From an uncultured delta proteobacterium (lineage in GTDB: Bacteria > Myxococcota > Myxococcia > Myxococcales > Myxococcaceae): 64,000 nucleotides of DNA. Of the stretch, positions 32,563 to 43,700 are shown in pieces; positions within the stretch are counted from its first letter, which is position 1, and each line of letters starts with the position of its first letter. The notes beneath the pieces were generated by a model, which did not search any database, had not been told where the DNA came from, and saw only the letters and a list, made by a program, of their open reading frames with translations. Made by a program: the position numbers and the translations under genes. The DNA is taken from contig CAVYSY010000026.1 in assembly GCA_963771175.1 (NCBI GenBank), positions 64,001 through 128,000 of the forward strand. The letters run 5' to 3'.

Positions 32563-34082
32563 GTAAGACGTCCACCGAGCAACGGCATGTCTTCCGCAGG
32601 AGGGCCGAGCGGCTGCCGGGAGTCCAGCAGCAGCTGCGGCGCGAGCAGGCCGGAGAAGAGACGCCGAGGCACGCCGACGGCAGGCACTGGACAAGCGCCG
32701 CCAGCGTGCGGCCCGCCGGGCCGAGGCGCCCACGCGCGCAGGTGCACCACGCTGTCCCCGAGGAGCTGCGCGTCTGTCCCGGGTGTGGTGGGCGCGACCT
32801 CAAGCCGCTGGGCCAGGGGCGCACCACGGAGGTGTACGAGTACCTGCCGGCGCGCTTCGAGCAAGCAGCTGCACGTACAAGAGACGCTGGCCTGCGCGTG
32901 TGGCCAGGGCGTGGTGACAGCGCCCTCGCCGCGCGAAGGTGGTGGACAAGGGCGAGTACGGCCCGGGCTTCCTCGCCCACGTGGTGGGCTCCAAGTGCGC
33001 CGACGCCATGCCCCTGCACCGGCTGGCGCAGCGGCTGGAGCGCGGCGGCGTGCCCATGAGCCGCAGCACGCTGACGGACCTCTTCCACCTGTCCGCCGAG
33101 GTGCTGCTCGCCGCTTTCGCGTGCGCCTGTTGCAACGCATTGCCTCGTGCCGAGGTGGTGTGGGCCGACGAGACGCCCCTGCGCGTGCTGGACGTGAAGA
33201 AGACGCGCCTGGGCTACCTCTGGACATTCCTCACCCAGAACGAAAACGGCGAGTGGCTCATCGGCTACCGCTTCAGCATGGGCCGGGCGAGCAAGACGCC
33301 CAAGGAGGTGCTGGGCGGCACCACGGGCGCGCTCGTGGTGGACGCGTACACCGGCTACAACGCGGTGACGCTGCCCGACGGCCGCGTCCGCGTCGGCTGC
33401 TGGGCGCATGTGCGCCGCCGCTTCTTCGACGCGCTGGCCACCGACGCCCGAGGCCCGCCAGGCGCATGGACTTCATCCTCGTCGCTCTACCGGGTGGAGG
33501 CCCAGGCGCGCGAGGCCGAGGTGGTGCGCACGGCCGCCCACCGCGCGCTGCGCCAGCAGCGCAGCGCGCCCGTCCTGGAAGCAGCTGCGCACGTAGCTGA
33601 CGGAGCAGGCGCCGCGGCACCCGCCCAAGGGGCCGCTGGGGCAGGCCATCTCCTACGCGCTCAAGCAGTGGGAGGCGCTGAGCCGCTTCGTCTCGGACGA
33701 GCGCCTGCCGCTCGACAACAACCGCGCGGAAGGCGCGCTGCGCAAGGCGGCGCTGGGCCGCAAGAACTTCCTCTTCGTCGGCCACGAGGCCGCGGGCGAG
33801 AACCTCGCCGGCCTCTACGCGCTGGTGGCCACCTGCGAGGCCAACGGCGTCAACCCCGAGGAGTACCTGGCGGACGTGCTGCTGCGCGTGCAGACGCACC
33901 CCAACTCGCGCATCGACGAGCTGCTGCCGCACGAGTGGAAGCGCCTGCGCGCCGCCGACTCCTCCTGAGCGCTCCCGCGCTCGCAGCCCGCCCTGCTCAT
34001 CGCCATCCACCAGCTCGCGACCGCCGCCGAGCACGGCCCTCGTCCGCCCTCAATCACCCTCGGCACGTCGTCCGCCGGACGG
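32563..34082 (+). mobile_element. IS66-family element remnant with internal deletion
   Basis: Left end GTAAGACGTCC. Degraded TnpC (CPGCG zinc finger, ADETP, VVDAYTGY, GCWAHVRRRF, PLDNNRAE, LGRKNFLF, TCEANGVNP..YL, ELLP.EW) ends at TGA 33968. Right end ...CGCCGGACGG lacks the terminal TTAC. Confidence 0.88.
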
Positions 34083-34181
34083 CGCGCTCAGTCCACCCAG
34101 CAGAAGCCAGCTCGAAGCCCAGAGCAGTGGAACCGGGAGCAGAAACACCAACAGGACAGCAAGCCGGGCGCGCCACTTCAT
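34083..34181 (-). pseudogene. 5' fragment of a third Cys-rich protein gene, truncated at the IS66 end
   Basis: MKWRARLAVLLVFLLPVPLLWASSWLLLGG matches the N-terminus of copy 1. Confidence 0.75.
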
Positions 34182-34311
34182 TTCTCCACACTACCGCACT
34201 CGTTGAGTCCACGTACATGACCTGAGTCGTAGAAAGCGAAGCGCCCGCGAACACTGGCCATGCACGGCCAACGCTCGCGAGCGCCTCAACGCTCAGCGCA
34301 TCGTCGCTTCT

Positions 34312-34629
34312 CTACGGATGCCGCGTGTGTCCTTTCGGAGCGTTCTCCACCAGGTCGCGGCCGATGTTGCGCCGGTCGCGATCCACCCCGTCATCGTCTC
34401 GCAGGCCGCCGCGCCCGAAGCGCCGCGCCGCCTCCGCCAGGTCGCGCATCACATCTTCTCGGGACTGGTACTCTTCCTGGGGCAGCGATTTGAGGACGTT
34501 GATGATGTCCATATACGCGCCGTTGTCCGCCGCGGCCGATACGAGCTGCTCGCGCGTCGCCGGGTAGTCCACGGAGTCGAGGTGCGGCGTGATGGAGAGC
34601 GCCGGGTCCTCCGCAAATCCGAATGCCAT
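34312..34629 (-). CDS. DUF2795-like small protein
   Basis: LDSVDYPATREQLVSAAADNGA..DIINVLKSLP..EYQSREDV signature. Confidence 0.8.
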   Translation of the reverse strand: MAFGFAEDPALSITPHLDSVDYPATREQLVSAAADNGAYMDIINVLKSLPQEEYQSREDVMRDLAEAARRFGRGGLRDDDGVDRDRRNIGRDLVENAPKGHTRHP

Positions 34630-34804
34630 CGTGTCTCTGCCTTTCCGCCCGGGCTTCCCTCCACTCCCGGGGCTTGCTTCCAACCTGGGGACGGAATCTC
34701 GAGCGGGCCACCTCGCCACGGCCCCCCGGTCGGCGTCTCCCAGGCAGCCAGCCGGCCAGCGCCCGGGTAGACTGGTGCTTCCCAGACCCCTTCCCCTGGT
34801 CCCG

Positions 34805-36383
34805 ATGATCTCCACTCCCCTGCTCGTCACCTGGCTCGTGCTCGCCACCCCGACCGCCGCCCCCACCGCCGACGCCACGAGCGTCTACTCGCTGGAGGAC
34901 CCGGCCTTCGTGGACCAGGCATTGAGGGACCTGGAAGCCCTCGAGCACCACGCCCAGGGCCTGCGCGCCCTGCAGCAGCACATCTCCAAGACGCGCGCTC
35001 TCTACACGCGCAAGCAGGACATCCCCTACTCGCCCGAGGAGAAGCGCACCCTGCTCACCACCTGGGCGGCCTTCTCCGACTACTTCGCCTCGCTCGAGGT
35101 CATCCGCCAGCGCTACTGGGACTTCGTCAAGGTGCCCGCCCTCACCCAGGAGACGAAGCACGCCTGGGGCTTCCTGCTCACCCACGGGGCGCTCACCACG
35201 GAGCTGGCCCACGGACTGACGTACGCGGAGCTCACCAACGGCCGCAAGCAGCTCGAGGTGCTGCTGGACGAGCCCTCCGAGGAGTACGGCCTGCCCTCGC
35301 GAGCCTTCGCCCGCTTCAAGGAGCGGGCCATCCACGTCTCCACCGCCACCCAGCTCATGACGGGGGACACCTACGCCGAGCAGCTCCGGCCCCTGCTGAA
35401 GAAGACGGGCATCCTCGACGTGCGCCGCGCGACCTGGCTGGTGCCGGGAGATGAAGGAGAACTCCAAGGTGGCCCGGGGCAAGCTGCTCAAGCGCGGGCT
35501 TCACCCTCTTCGCCAAGGCCGGCGCGGACCTCGTCCAGGACAGCCACCGCCAACGCCATCTTCCCCGTGCAGCGCTCGGTGGCCGAGTGGATGGGCGACA
35601 CCCGGGTGAAGCGCATCGGCAAGCCGCTCATCTCCCGCGAGCAGGCGCTCGCCCTGCTGGCCCGCATGCAGCCGGGCGACATCCTCGTGGCGCGGCAGAA
35701 CTGGTACCTCTCCAACATCGGCCTGCCCGGCTTCTGGCCCCACGCCGAGCTGTACGTGGGCACTGCCCCAGGATTGGGTCACCGCCTTCGACGGCGACCC
35801 CGAGGTGCAGGCCTGGCTGAAGACGCTGCCCGGCGCCCCGAAGACGCTCGCCGAGCACCTGGCCCGCGCGTACCCCGCCAAGTGGGCCACCTACACGGCC
35901 ACGGACCGCCACGGGGACGCCCTCCGCATCATCGAGTCCATCAGCGAGGGCGTCTCCTTCACCGGCCCCGAGCACGGCCTGCACGTGGACTACCTCGGCG
36001 TCATGCGCCCGCGCCTCGCCCCGGTGGAGAAGGCCCGCGCCATCGCCCGCGCCTTCCACCTCCAGGGGCGGCCCTACGACTTCAACTTCGACTTCTTCTC
36101 CGACTCCACCCTCGTGTGCACCGAGCTCGTGTACAAGTCCTACGTCCCCTCCCAGGCGACGAAGGGCGTGCGCATCGACCTGGTGGACGTGGCTGGCCGG
36201 CGCACCCTGCCCGCCAACGAGTTCGTCCGGCTGTTCGATTCGGAGTACGACAGCCCCGACCGGCAGCTCGATTTCGTTGCTTTCCTGGACGGCCGCGAGC
36301 AGGAGCGGAATGCGCGGGAGGGCGACGTGGAGTCCTTCCGGCGCAGTTGGCGCCGGGTGAAGTGGGACATCGCCCAACATTGA
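34805..36383 (+). CDS. Secreted permuted papain-like (YiiX/YebB, NlpC/P60) hydrolase, indels
   Basis: Signal peptide, QPGDILV, FWPHAELYVG, IESISEGV and GRPYDFNFDF....LVCTELVY (His before Cys). Confidence 0.8.
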
Positions 36384-36402
36384 AGGCGAGGAGACACGCG
36401 CG

Positions 36403-36680
36403 ATGACGGAAGAGACTGGACTGGGAGATGCTGGAGATCGCCAGCAAGCTCTTCGAGCGGATGATTTCCCAGCAGCAGGCCAAGGTCCTCCGCCTGGCCC
36501 GCGAGGTGGTGCCCAACATCACCCCCGAGGAGCTGCGCAATCCCCATGACTTCCCGACAACTCAAGGAACACCCGACCTTCGAATTCGAGGACGGGCTGC
36601 TGTCGGGCCTCATCTCGGCGCAGGTGGCCTTCAACGCGGAAATCAAGGGCCGCCTGTTGCCCCCCGAACCGCCCCGGTGA
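36403..36680 (+). CDS. Small hypothetical protein, indels
   Basis: GAGGAG RBS. Reads MLEIASKLFERMISQQQAKVLRLAREVVP...NPHDFP.LKEHPTFEFEDGLLSGL across frames. Confidence 0.6.
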
Positions 36681-36734
36681 CGCCTGCCTGCCTGCCTTTG
36701 CCGTCCGCCCGAGCCTGGGTTAGTCCTTCCCGCC

Positions 36735-37592
36735 GTGAGCCTCACCTCCCTCTTCAGCCCGCCAGCTCGCCCGCGAGCGCCTCGTCTCCGCGCTCGCGGC
36801 CGATCCCCCGCGGCTGGACCTGGCGGCGCTCGCCATCGCGACGCTCAACCGGCCGGAGCTGGACACGGCCGGCCTACCTGCACACGCTGGATGCGCTGGC
36901 GGCCCGGGTGCAGGTGGAGATGGAGCGGCACGCGGGCCAGGGCGAGGTGCTCGCCGGCTCACCGCGCTGCGTCACGTGCTGGCGGACATCGAGGGCTTCC
37001 GCGGCAACGAGGACGACTACCAGTCGCCGGACAACAGCTTCCTGGACCAGGTGCTGGAGCGGAAGGTGGGCCTGCCCATCACGCTCTCGGTGGTGTACCT
37101 GGAGGTGGCGCGGCGCGCGGGCATCCCCCTCTACGGCGTGCCCTTCCCCGGGCACTTCCTGGTGGCGTGCGAGGCGGGGGACCACAAGCTGGTGGTGGAC
37201 CCGTTCCACGGCGGGGAGATCCTCACCGAGGAGGGCTGCAAGGAGCTGCTGGAGCGGGTGGCGCCGCAGCTCAAGTTCGACGCCCTCCATGCTGGCGCCG
37301 GCGCCGGTGGAGCTGATTACCTACCGGATGCTGTCCAACCTGCGCCGGGTGTACCTGGAGCGCGAGGACTGCGAGCGGGGCCTGGCGGTGGTGGACCTGC
37401 TGCTGCATGCTGGCGCCCAACCACCCGGGCGAGCTGCGCACGCGGGCGGCGCTGCTGGCCAACCTCGGGGCCTACCGCGCGGCGCTCAAGGACGTGGAGC
37501 GCTGCCTGGAGCTGTCGCCGGACGCGCCGGACCGGGAGCGGCTGGAGTTGACGGCCCGGGAGTTGCGCGACCGCGCCGCCCTGTTGAACTGA
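36735..37592 (+). CDS. SirB1-like transglutaminase-fold + TPR protein, indels
   Basis: GFRGNEDDY.SPDNSFLDQVLERKVGLPITLS, FPGHFLV, VDPFHGG, RMLSNL and a C-terminal TPR. Confidence 0.85.
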
Positions 37593-37596
37593 GCCC

Positions 37597-38160
37597 ATGA
37601 GACGCCATCCCAAACCGTGGCCCCGCCTGCGCCGGGGCCTGCGAGCACGACTACCACGTCCTCAAGGTCCGCCAGGACGTGGTGGCCGACCCCCGCACCG
37701 GCCACGAGCACCCGCGCGTCGTCATCGACACCCCGGACTGGGTGAACGTCATCGCGGTGACGAAGGACGAGCAGCTGGTGCTCATCCGCCAGTACCGCTT
37801 CGGCATCGCGGAGACGACGCTGGAGATTCCCGGCGGCATGGTGGAGCCGGGCGAGGACCCCGCGCGGCCGCCGCGCGCGAGCTGGAGGAGGAGACGGGCT
37901 ACGTGCCGGGCCGGGTGGTGACGCTCGGGCAGGTGCACCCCAACCCCGCCATCCAGAGCAACCGCTGCCACAGCTACCTCGCGCTCGACTGCGTGAAGGC
38001 GCACGAGGGCCAGCAGGACGCGGGCGAGGACATCGCCGTGGAGCTGCACCCGCGCTCGGCGGTGCCCCAGCTCATCCAGAGCGGCGCCATCACCCACTCG
38101 CTGGTGGTGGTGGCCTTCTTCCTGGAGCGCCTGCGCGCCGAGGCCCAGGGCACCCGCTGA
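37597..38160 (+). CDS. NUDIX hydrolase (ADP-ribose pyrophosphatase-like), indels
   Basis: LIRQYR...LEIPGG...AARELEEETGY Nudix box. Confidence 0.88.
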   Translation: MRRHPKPWPRLRRGLRARLPRPQGPPGRGGRPPHRPRAPARRHRHPGLGERHRGDEGRAAGAHPPVPLRHRGDDAGDSRRHGGAGRGPRAAAARELEEETGYVPGRVVTLGQVHPNPAIQSNRCHSYLALDCVKAHEGQQDAGEDIAVELHPRSAVPQLIQSGAITHSLVVVAFFLERLRAEAQGTR

Positions 38161-38279
38161 AATTGTCGGGTGTCACCCGCGTTTGACGGCGGCGTCACGC
38201 AGGTGACCCCTCACTGCCGGGGGGGCCGGTGACACGGAATCGGGGCGGGATTAGCCTCTGCCCCCGAGGTGAGCTCGCC

Positions 38280-40607
38280 ATGGCGGAAAGCCTGACGCAT
38301 CCACTCGAGGAGCCCCTGCCGCGGCCTCCGCTGGCCCTGCCCCCCGATGCCGGCCACGAGGCCGCGCGTCTCCACGAGAGCGCCAGCCCCCGCGTCTCCC
38401 TTCCGGACATCCTCCCCGACGAGGACGTGTTCGCCTACGTGCGGCGCGTGCGCGGCGCCTTCGAGCCCCGGCTGTACCAACAGGTCGTTGGTGCCGCGAA
38501 TGAGCTCAAGGAGGGGGACGTGACCATCGGCGTCGCCGCGGCCGACGAGGCGTCCCGCCGCAACGCCCGGGCCCTGCTCGCGCACACGCGGCTCGGCGAC
38601 CTCGACGCCACCCGCTGGTGGAGGACGGCTGTACTGCGTGCATGCAGGGGGCGCTCGACGCCTCGGCGCAGGCGCGCACCGCGGGCTGGACGCTGGGCGA
38701 GCTCAAGGCCTTCCTGCTGTCGGCGAGCGAGGAGGAGATCCACGAGCCGTCAAGGACGGGCTGACCAGCGACGCGATCGGCTGCGTGGTGAAGCTGATGA
38801 GCAACGAGGAGCTCGCCGCCGTCGGGCGCAAGGTGTTCAACCCGCTGCCCGGCAGCAAGGTGGGCGCGGGGCTACCTGGGCGCGCGGATCCAGCCCAACT
38901 CGCCGACCGACCACCCGGACGACATCCGCTGGCAGGTCTTCGACGGTTGGTGTTTCGCGGTGGGCGACGTGGTGCTCGGCACCAACCCCGTGTCCTCGAG
39001 CGCCCGAGTCGGTGGCCGCCGTCGAGTCCGCCCTGCACGACATCCTGGTGACGTTCGGGCTCGCAGGACGTCCTGCCGCACTGCGTGCTCGCGCACGTCG
39101 ACGTGCAGGCGGAGGTCGAGGCGATGCAGCCGGGCACCACGGGCATCTGGTTCCAGAGCCTCGCCGGCAGCGACGGCCGCCAACGCGCACCTTCGACGTG
39201 ACCCTGGAGAAGATGCTGGCCCACGCCGCCGCGCGCACCGGGCGCTAGGGCCTGTACTTCGAGACGGGCCAGGGCGCCGACTTCACCAACGGACAGCGGC
39301 CAGGGCGTCGACATGGTGATGCACGAGTCGCGCAAGTACGGCTTCGCCCGCGCTGCTGACCCAGCGCGTCGCCGCCGCGCAGGCCCGCGCCGGGCACGAG
39401 GCCGCCCCGTGGGTCATCGTCAACGACGTGGCCGGCTTCATCGGCCCCGAGGTGTTCCGCACCCGCGAGCAGCTCGTGCGCTGCTGCCTCGAGGACATCG
39501 TCATGGGCAAGCTGCACGGCCTGACCATCGGCCTGGACGTCTGCTCGACCCTGCACATGGACGTCTCGCTGGACGACCTGGACTGGTGCCTGGAGCAGAT
39601 CGTGCCGGCCAACCCCGGCTACCTCATGGCGCTGCCGACCAAGAACGATCCGATGCTCAGCTACCTGACCACGGCCTTCCAGGACCACGTCCGGCTGCGC
39701 GAGACGTTCGGCTACAAGGTGGACGACCGGATGTGGGCCTTCTTCCAGCGGCTCGGCGTCATCGACGCACAGGGACGCCCCACCGAGCACTTCGGCGACC
39801 CCGCCTGGGTCTACCTGCAGTACCGCCGCCACAAGGGCGACACCCGGCCGGACGCCGACGTGCTCGCCGAGGCCGCACGGCAGATGGCCGAGGTGCGCGC
39901 CCGCGGGCGTCCCGCTCGCCGAGGGCCACGGCGCGAAGCCGTGGGACCTGGAGCCCACGCTCGACCGGGAGATCCGCGGGCTCTACGACGACGCCAAGGC
40001 CGGCCTCTGGTCCGACCTCTCCCCGGACTTCGTCGCGACGCTTCCCGACGCCGTGCGCCTGCGCACCCGCGCCGACCAACCGCCGCGACTACATCCTCCA
40101 CCCGCCCTCGGGCGAGCAGTTGGACCCCGCCTCCGAGCACCTCCTGGAGTCGCTGCGCGCGCGCCACGCCGGCCGGTACGACGTGCAGCTCGTCATCTCG
40201 GACGGGCTGAACGCGCGCTCCCTCATGGACGAGGGCCACCTGCGCCCCTTCCTCACCGCGCTGCGCGCCCGGCTGGAGGCCGCCGGCCACCGCGTGGCCC
40301 CCGAGCACCTCGTGCTGTCGCTGGGCGCGTGCGCGCCGGCTACCGCGCCGGGGAGATCCTCTTCGGGGACTCGACGGCGGAGGGGCCCCGAGCGCTCATC
40401 CACGTCATCGGCGAGCGCCCCGGCTCCGGACACCACAGCTTCTCCGCCTACGTCACCGCGCCTCTGGCCCGCGTCTGGGCGAAGCCGGGCACGGTGGACC
40501 ACAACATCACCCGCGTGGTGGCGGGCATCTCCGACACCAGCCTGCGGCCCGAGACCGCGGCGACGGAGGTGGCGCGCCTCCTCGGCGAGCTCACCTCCGC
40601 GTCCTGA
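38280..40607 (+). CDS. eutBC: Ethanolamine ammonia-lyase, EutB-EutC fusion (many indels, one in-frame TAG)
   Basis: EutB motifs (KEGD, VKLMSN, RIQPNSPTD, GDVVLGTNP, CVLAHV, YFETGQG, VAGFIGPE, GKLHGL) run directly into EutC motifs (DVQLVISDGL, GRV, IGERPG). Confidence 0.85.
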
Positions 40608-40610
40608 GCC

Positions 40611-41598
40611 TCAGCGGGCCAGGGAGCGGATCCACGCGTCGATGCGCTCCCAGCCCTCCACCCGGCTGTAGTGACCGTTGAAGACGTGCCCGGTGTGGGA
40701 GATGCGGGTCCACCCACACGCGCGGCGAGTGGGGGTACGCCTGGGCCTCGGTCGCGGCGTTGGCGGCCGGCGCCATCAGGTCGTTGTCCCCGAGCTGCAC
40801 CATCACCGGCACGGTGAGCGCCTGGGTCGGGATGAGCTGCGGATAGGCCAGCATCGTCAGCAGGTCGATCATCTGGCCGCGCGACACCACGTCCGAGATG
40901 ACCTCGTTGTCGTAGGCGATGACCGCCGGATCCGCGTTCGCCGCGTCGTAGAAGAGGGCACCGCGCATCTCGCCAGGGAGGCGGATGTAGGGGCCCTGCT
41001 GCAGGACGGCCCCGATGGCGCCCGGGTCCACCGGCACCGAGTGCAAGGTGTTCAGCCAACCCGTCATCACCACCGCCTGCGCGTCGCCGTACAGCGCCTG
41101 CGCGAAGGTGGAGATGAGCGCCCCGTTCGAGTGCCCCACGTAGACGAGCGTCTCGAAGGTGTTCTTCTCCGCCGTGGCCCGGAGCTGCGAGGCCACCTGG
41201 TGCAGGGCGCTCGCCGACTCCGCCAGGTTGAGGAAGTCCCCATCGGGCTTGTCGCTCTCTCCGGCGCCCGGCAGATCCAACGCGAGCACCGCGTAGTGCT
41301 GGCGGGCCATGTAGCGCGCGTACGAATAGTCCTGGCCGTCGATCTCCGGCAGGTCCCAGTACCCGTGGTTGTAGGTGATGCCGTGGGTGAGGATCTGCAC
41401 CGGCCGGTTCTTCAGGCTGCCCTGGTAGTAGAGGTAGCCCACCACCGAGTAGGTGCCCCCATCGGACAGGCGGACCGGGAACACCCGGCGCTCCACCTTC
41501 ACGTCCCGTGGCCCCTTCGCCTCGGCCGTCCCCGGCAGAGCGAGCACCGCCCACAGCACCAACGCCACCCAGGCTCCCACGATACGCATCGTCCTCAT
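40611..41598 (-). CDS. Secreted alpha/beta hydrolase (indel near 3' end)
   Basis: Signal peptide ending AEA. HGITYNHGYWD, DLPGAGES and GHSNG motifs. Confidence 0.85.
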
Positions 41599-41623
41599 GG
41601 CCCCACCTCCAAGCACTTCTTTA

Positions 41624-41708
41624 CTGTAAAGTTTTACAGACATCAAAAACACCGGAGAGGGCCTGATATTCTGGGTTGTCCGGCAGATCCAATGAAAATA
41701 TCTTTTCA
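41624..41708. promoter_or_regulatory. AT-rich divergent promoter region with two palindromes
   Basis: CTGTAAA-GT-TTTACAG (41624-41639) and TGAAAA-TATC-TTTTCA (41693-41708). Confidence 0.55.
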
Positions 41709-41842
41709 CGGAAAGCACAAGACACCGGGGAGGAGCAAGACTCCGAGTGAGAGGGCTCGAGTCCGGGGTGGGCAACGCCGCCGCCCGTGCGCGCGGGAGA
41801 TCTGCCACGATGGCTCGCCTAGGACCCGGAGGGGACGCAGGC

Positions 41843-42645
41843 GTGAGGAATGACGACTCGGTGAAGGCCCGGCTGGAGCGGATGGAGCTGCCATTCAACG
41901 CGTACGGGGTGGATCCCGTACGGCGTGTCCAAGTGGCACCTGAGCGTCTTCTTCGAGGTGATGTCCTTCTTCTACCGGCAGCTACTTCCGGGTGAAGTGC
42001 CACGGCATCGAGCACGTCCCGGCGCGCGGGAGGGCCATGCTGGTGGGCAACCACTCGGGCGGGGTGGCGGTGGACGGGGCCATGGTCATCACCTCGTGCT
42101 TCCTGGAGATGGAGCCGCCGCGGCTGGCGCAGGGCATGGCGGAGAAGTTCATCAACGCCATGCCGGTGGCCTCCACGTGGACCAGCCGCTGCGGCCAGTT
42201 CCCCGGCCTGCCCGAGCACGCGGTGCGCCTGCTGGAGGAAGACCGGCTGCTGATGGTCTTCCCGGAAGGCGCTCGCGGCACCGCGAAGCTCTACCCGCAG
42301 CGCTACGACCTGGTGGATTTCGGCACGGGCTTCATGCGCCTGGCGCTGAAGACGCGCTCGCCCATCGTCCCGTTCGGCTTCCTCGGGGGCGGGGCCGCCA
42401 TCCCCACGGTGGCCAACCTCTACCGACTGGGCAAGCTGCTCGGGGTGCCCTACGTCCCCGTCACCCCCTACCTGCTGCCCCTCCCCCTCCCCGTCCCGCT
42501 GGAAATCCACTATGCCGAGCCGATGCTCTTCGAGGGCACGGGCAACGAGGATGACTCGGTCATCCAGGGCTACGTGGAGCAGGTGAAGGCGCGCATCGCG
42601 GACATCATCGATCGGCGCCGTCACGAGCGCTGGGAAGGGCGTTGA
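41843..42645 (+). CDS. Lysophospholipid/glycerol acyltransferase (PlsC-like), indels near start
   Basis: NHSGGVAVD (HX4-5D), FPEG and GFMRLA...PIVP motifs. Confidence 0.88.
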
Positions 42646-42648
42646 GCC

Positions 42649-43626
42649 ATGAGGGTCCTCATCCTCGGCATTGGTGGAGCGGTGGCGCAGCGGGTGGCAC
42701 TGACGCTGCGGGACCAGGGTCACGCGGTCATGGGCATCGACACGCGGCCGTGGGAGGACGCGCCCGCGGACATCGAGGTGCACGAGGTGGACCTGCGCAA
42801 GCGGGCGGCGGAGGACGTCTTCCGCACGCGGCGCCCCGAGGTGGTGGTGCACATGGCCACCGTGACGTCGCTGCGCGTGCAGGGCGAGGAGCGCCACCGC
42901 ATCAACCTGGGCGGCACGCGCGTGGTGTTCGAGCACTGCCGCACCTACGGGGTGAAGCACGCCATCTTCGTGGGCCGGCACACCTTCTACGGGGCGGCCT
43001 CGGACTCGGCGCTGTACCACACCGAGGACGAGCCCCCGAAGGAGCTGGCCTCCTTCCCGGAGCTGGCGGACCTGGTGGCCGCGGACCTCTACGCCTCCAC
43101 CGCGCTGTGGCGCTACCCGGAGCTGACCACCTCGGTGCTGCGCGTGTGCTACACGCTCGGGCCCTCGGCGCAGGGCACGCTGGCCACCTTCCTGCGCGGC
43201 CGGCGCGTGCCCATGGTGGCGGGGTATGATCCGCTCTTCCAGTTCATGCACGAGGACGACGTGGCGGCGGCCATCGCGCTCACGGTGGAGAAGCGCACCC
43301 GCGGCGTCTTCAACGTCGCGGGACCGCAGCCGCTGCCGCTCTCCGTCATCATCCGCCAGGCCCAGCGCCAGCCGGTGCCACTGCCCATGATGGTGCTGCG
43401 CCAGCTCCTCGGCCGCTTCGGACTGCCGCGACTGCCGCCCGGGGCGCTCTACCACCTGCAGTACCCCATCGTGGTGGACGCGCGAGCCTTCCAGACCGCC
43501 ACCGGCTTCACCTACCGCCACGACGAGGTCCAGACCATCCAGTCCTTCCTGGAGGCCCACCCGCCTCCGCGCCCGCGGCGGGAGGAGCTGTTCGACCGGC
43601 TGGAGGCGCTCGGGGTGCTGAAGTAG
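42649..43626 (+). CDS. NAD-dependent epimerase/dehydratase family
   Basis: [30 protein letters not shown] and FNVAG motifs. Confidence 0.88.
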   Translation: MRVLILGIGGAVAQRVALTLRDQGHAVMGIDTRPWEDAPADIEVHEVDLRKRAAEDVFRTRRPEVVVHMATVTSLRVQGEERHRINLGGTRVVFEHCRTYGVKHAIFVGRHTFYGAASDSALYHTEDEPPKELASFPELADLVAADLYASTALWRYPELTTSVLRVCYTLGPSAQGTLATFLRGRRVPMVAGYDPLFQFMHEDDVAAAIALTVEKRTRGVFNVAGPQPLPLSVIIRQAQRQPVPLPMMVLRQLLGRFGLPRLPPGALYHLQYPIVVDARAFQTATGFTYRHDEVQTIQSFLEAHPPPRPRREELFDRLEALGVLK

Positions 43627-43700
43627 CGGTGCTCCAGGGCTCGCGCTCCGGACCCCATCCCGGCTAGCCTCCTGGCGCAATCTCGACTCAGGGGGATTCG

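Noticed and set aside
33594..33596. In-frame TAG in IS66 tnpC
   Set aside because: One substitution from TGG in a decayed element; a nonsense mutation or an error.
34228..34316. Imperfect inverted repeat CGTAGAAAGCGA...TCGCTTCTCTACG as MITE or attC
   Set aside because: No target duplication, no attC core sites and no second copy; at most a terminator-like structure.
39246..39248. In-frame TAG in eutBC (RTGR*GLYFETGQG) as possible pyrrolysine/readthrough
   Set aside because: One substitution from TAC (Tyr), in an error-dense stretch, with no pyl genes in the window.
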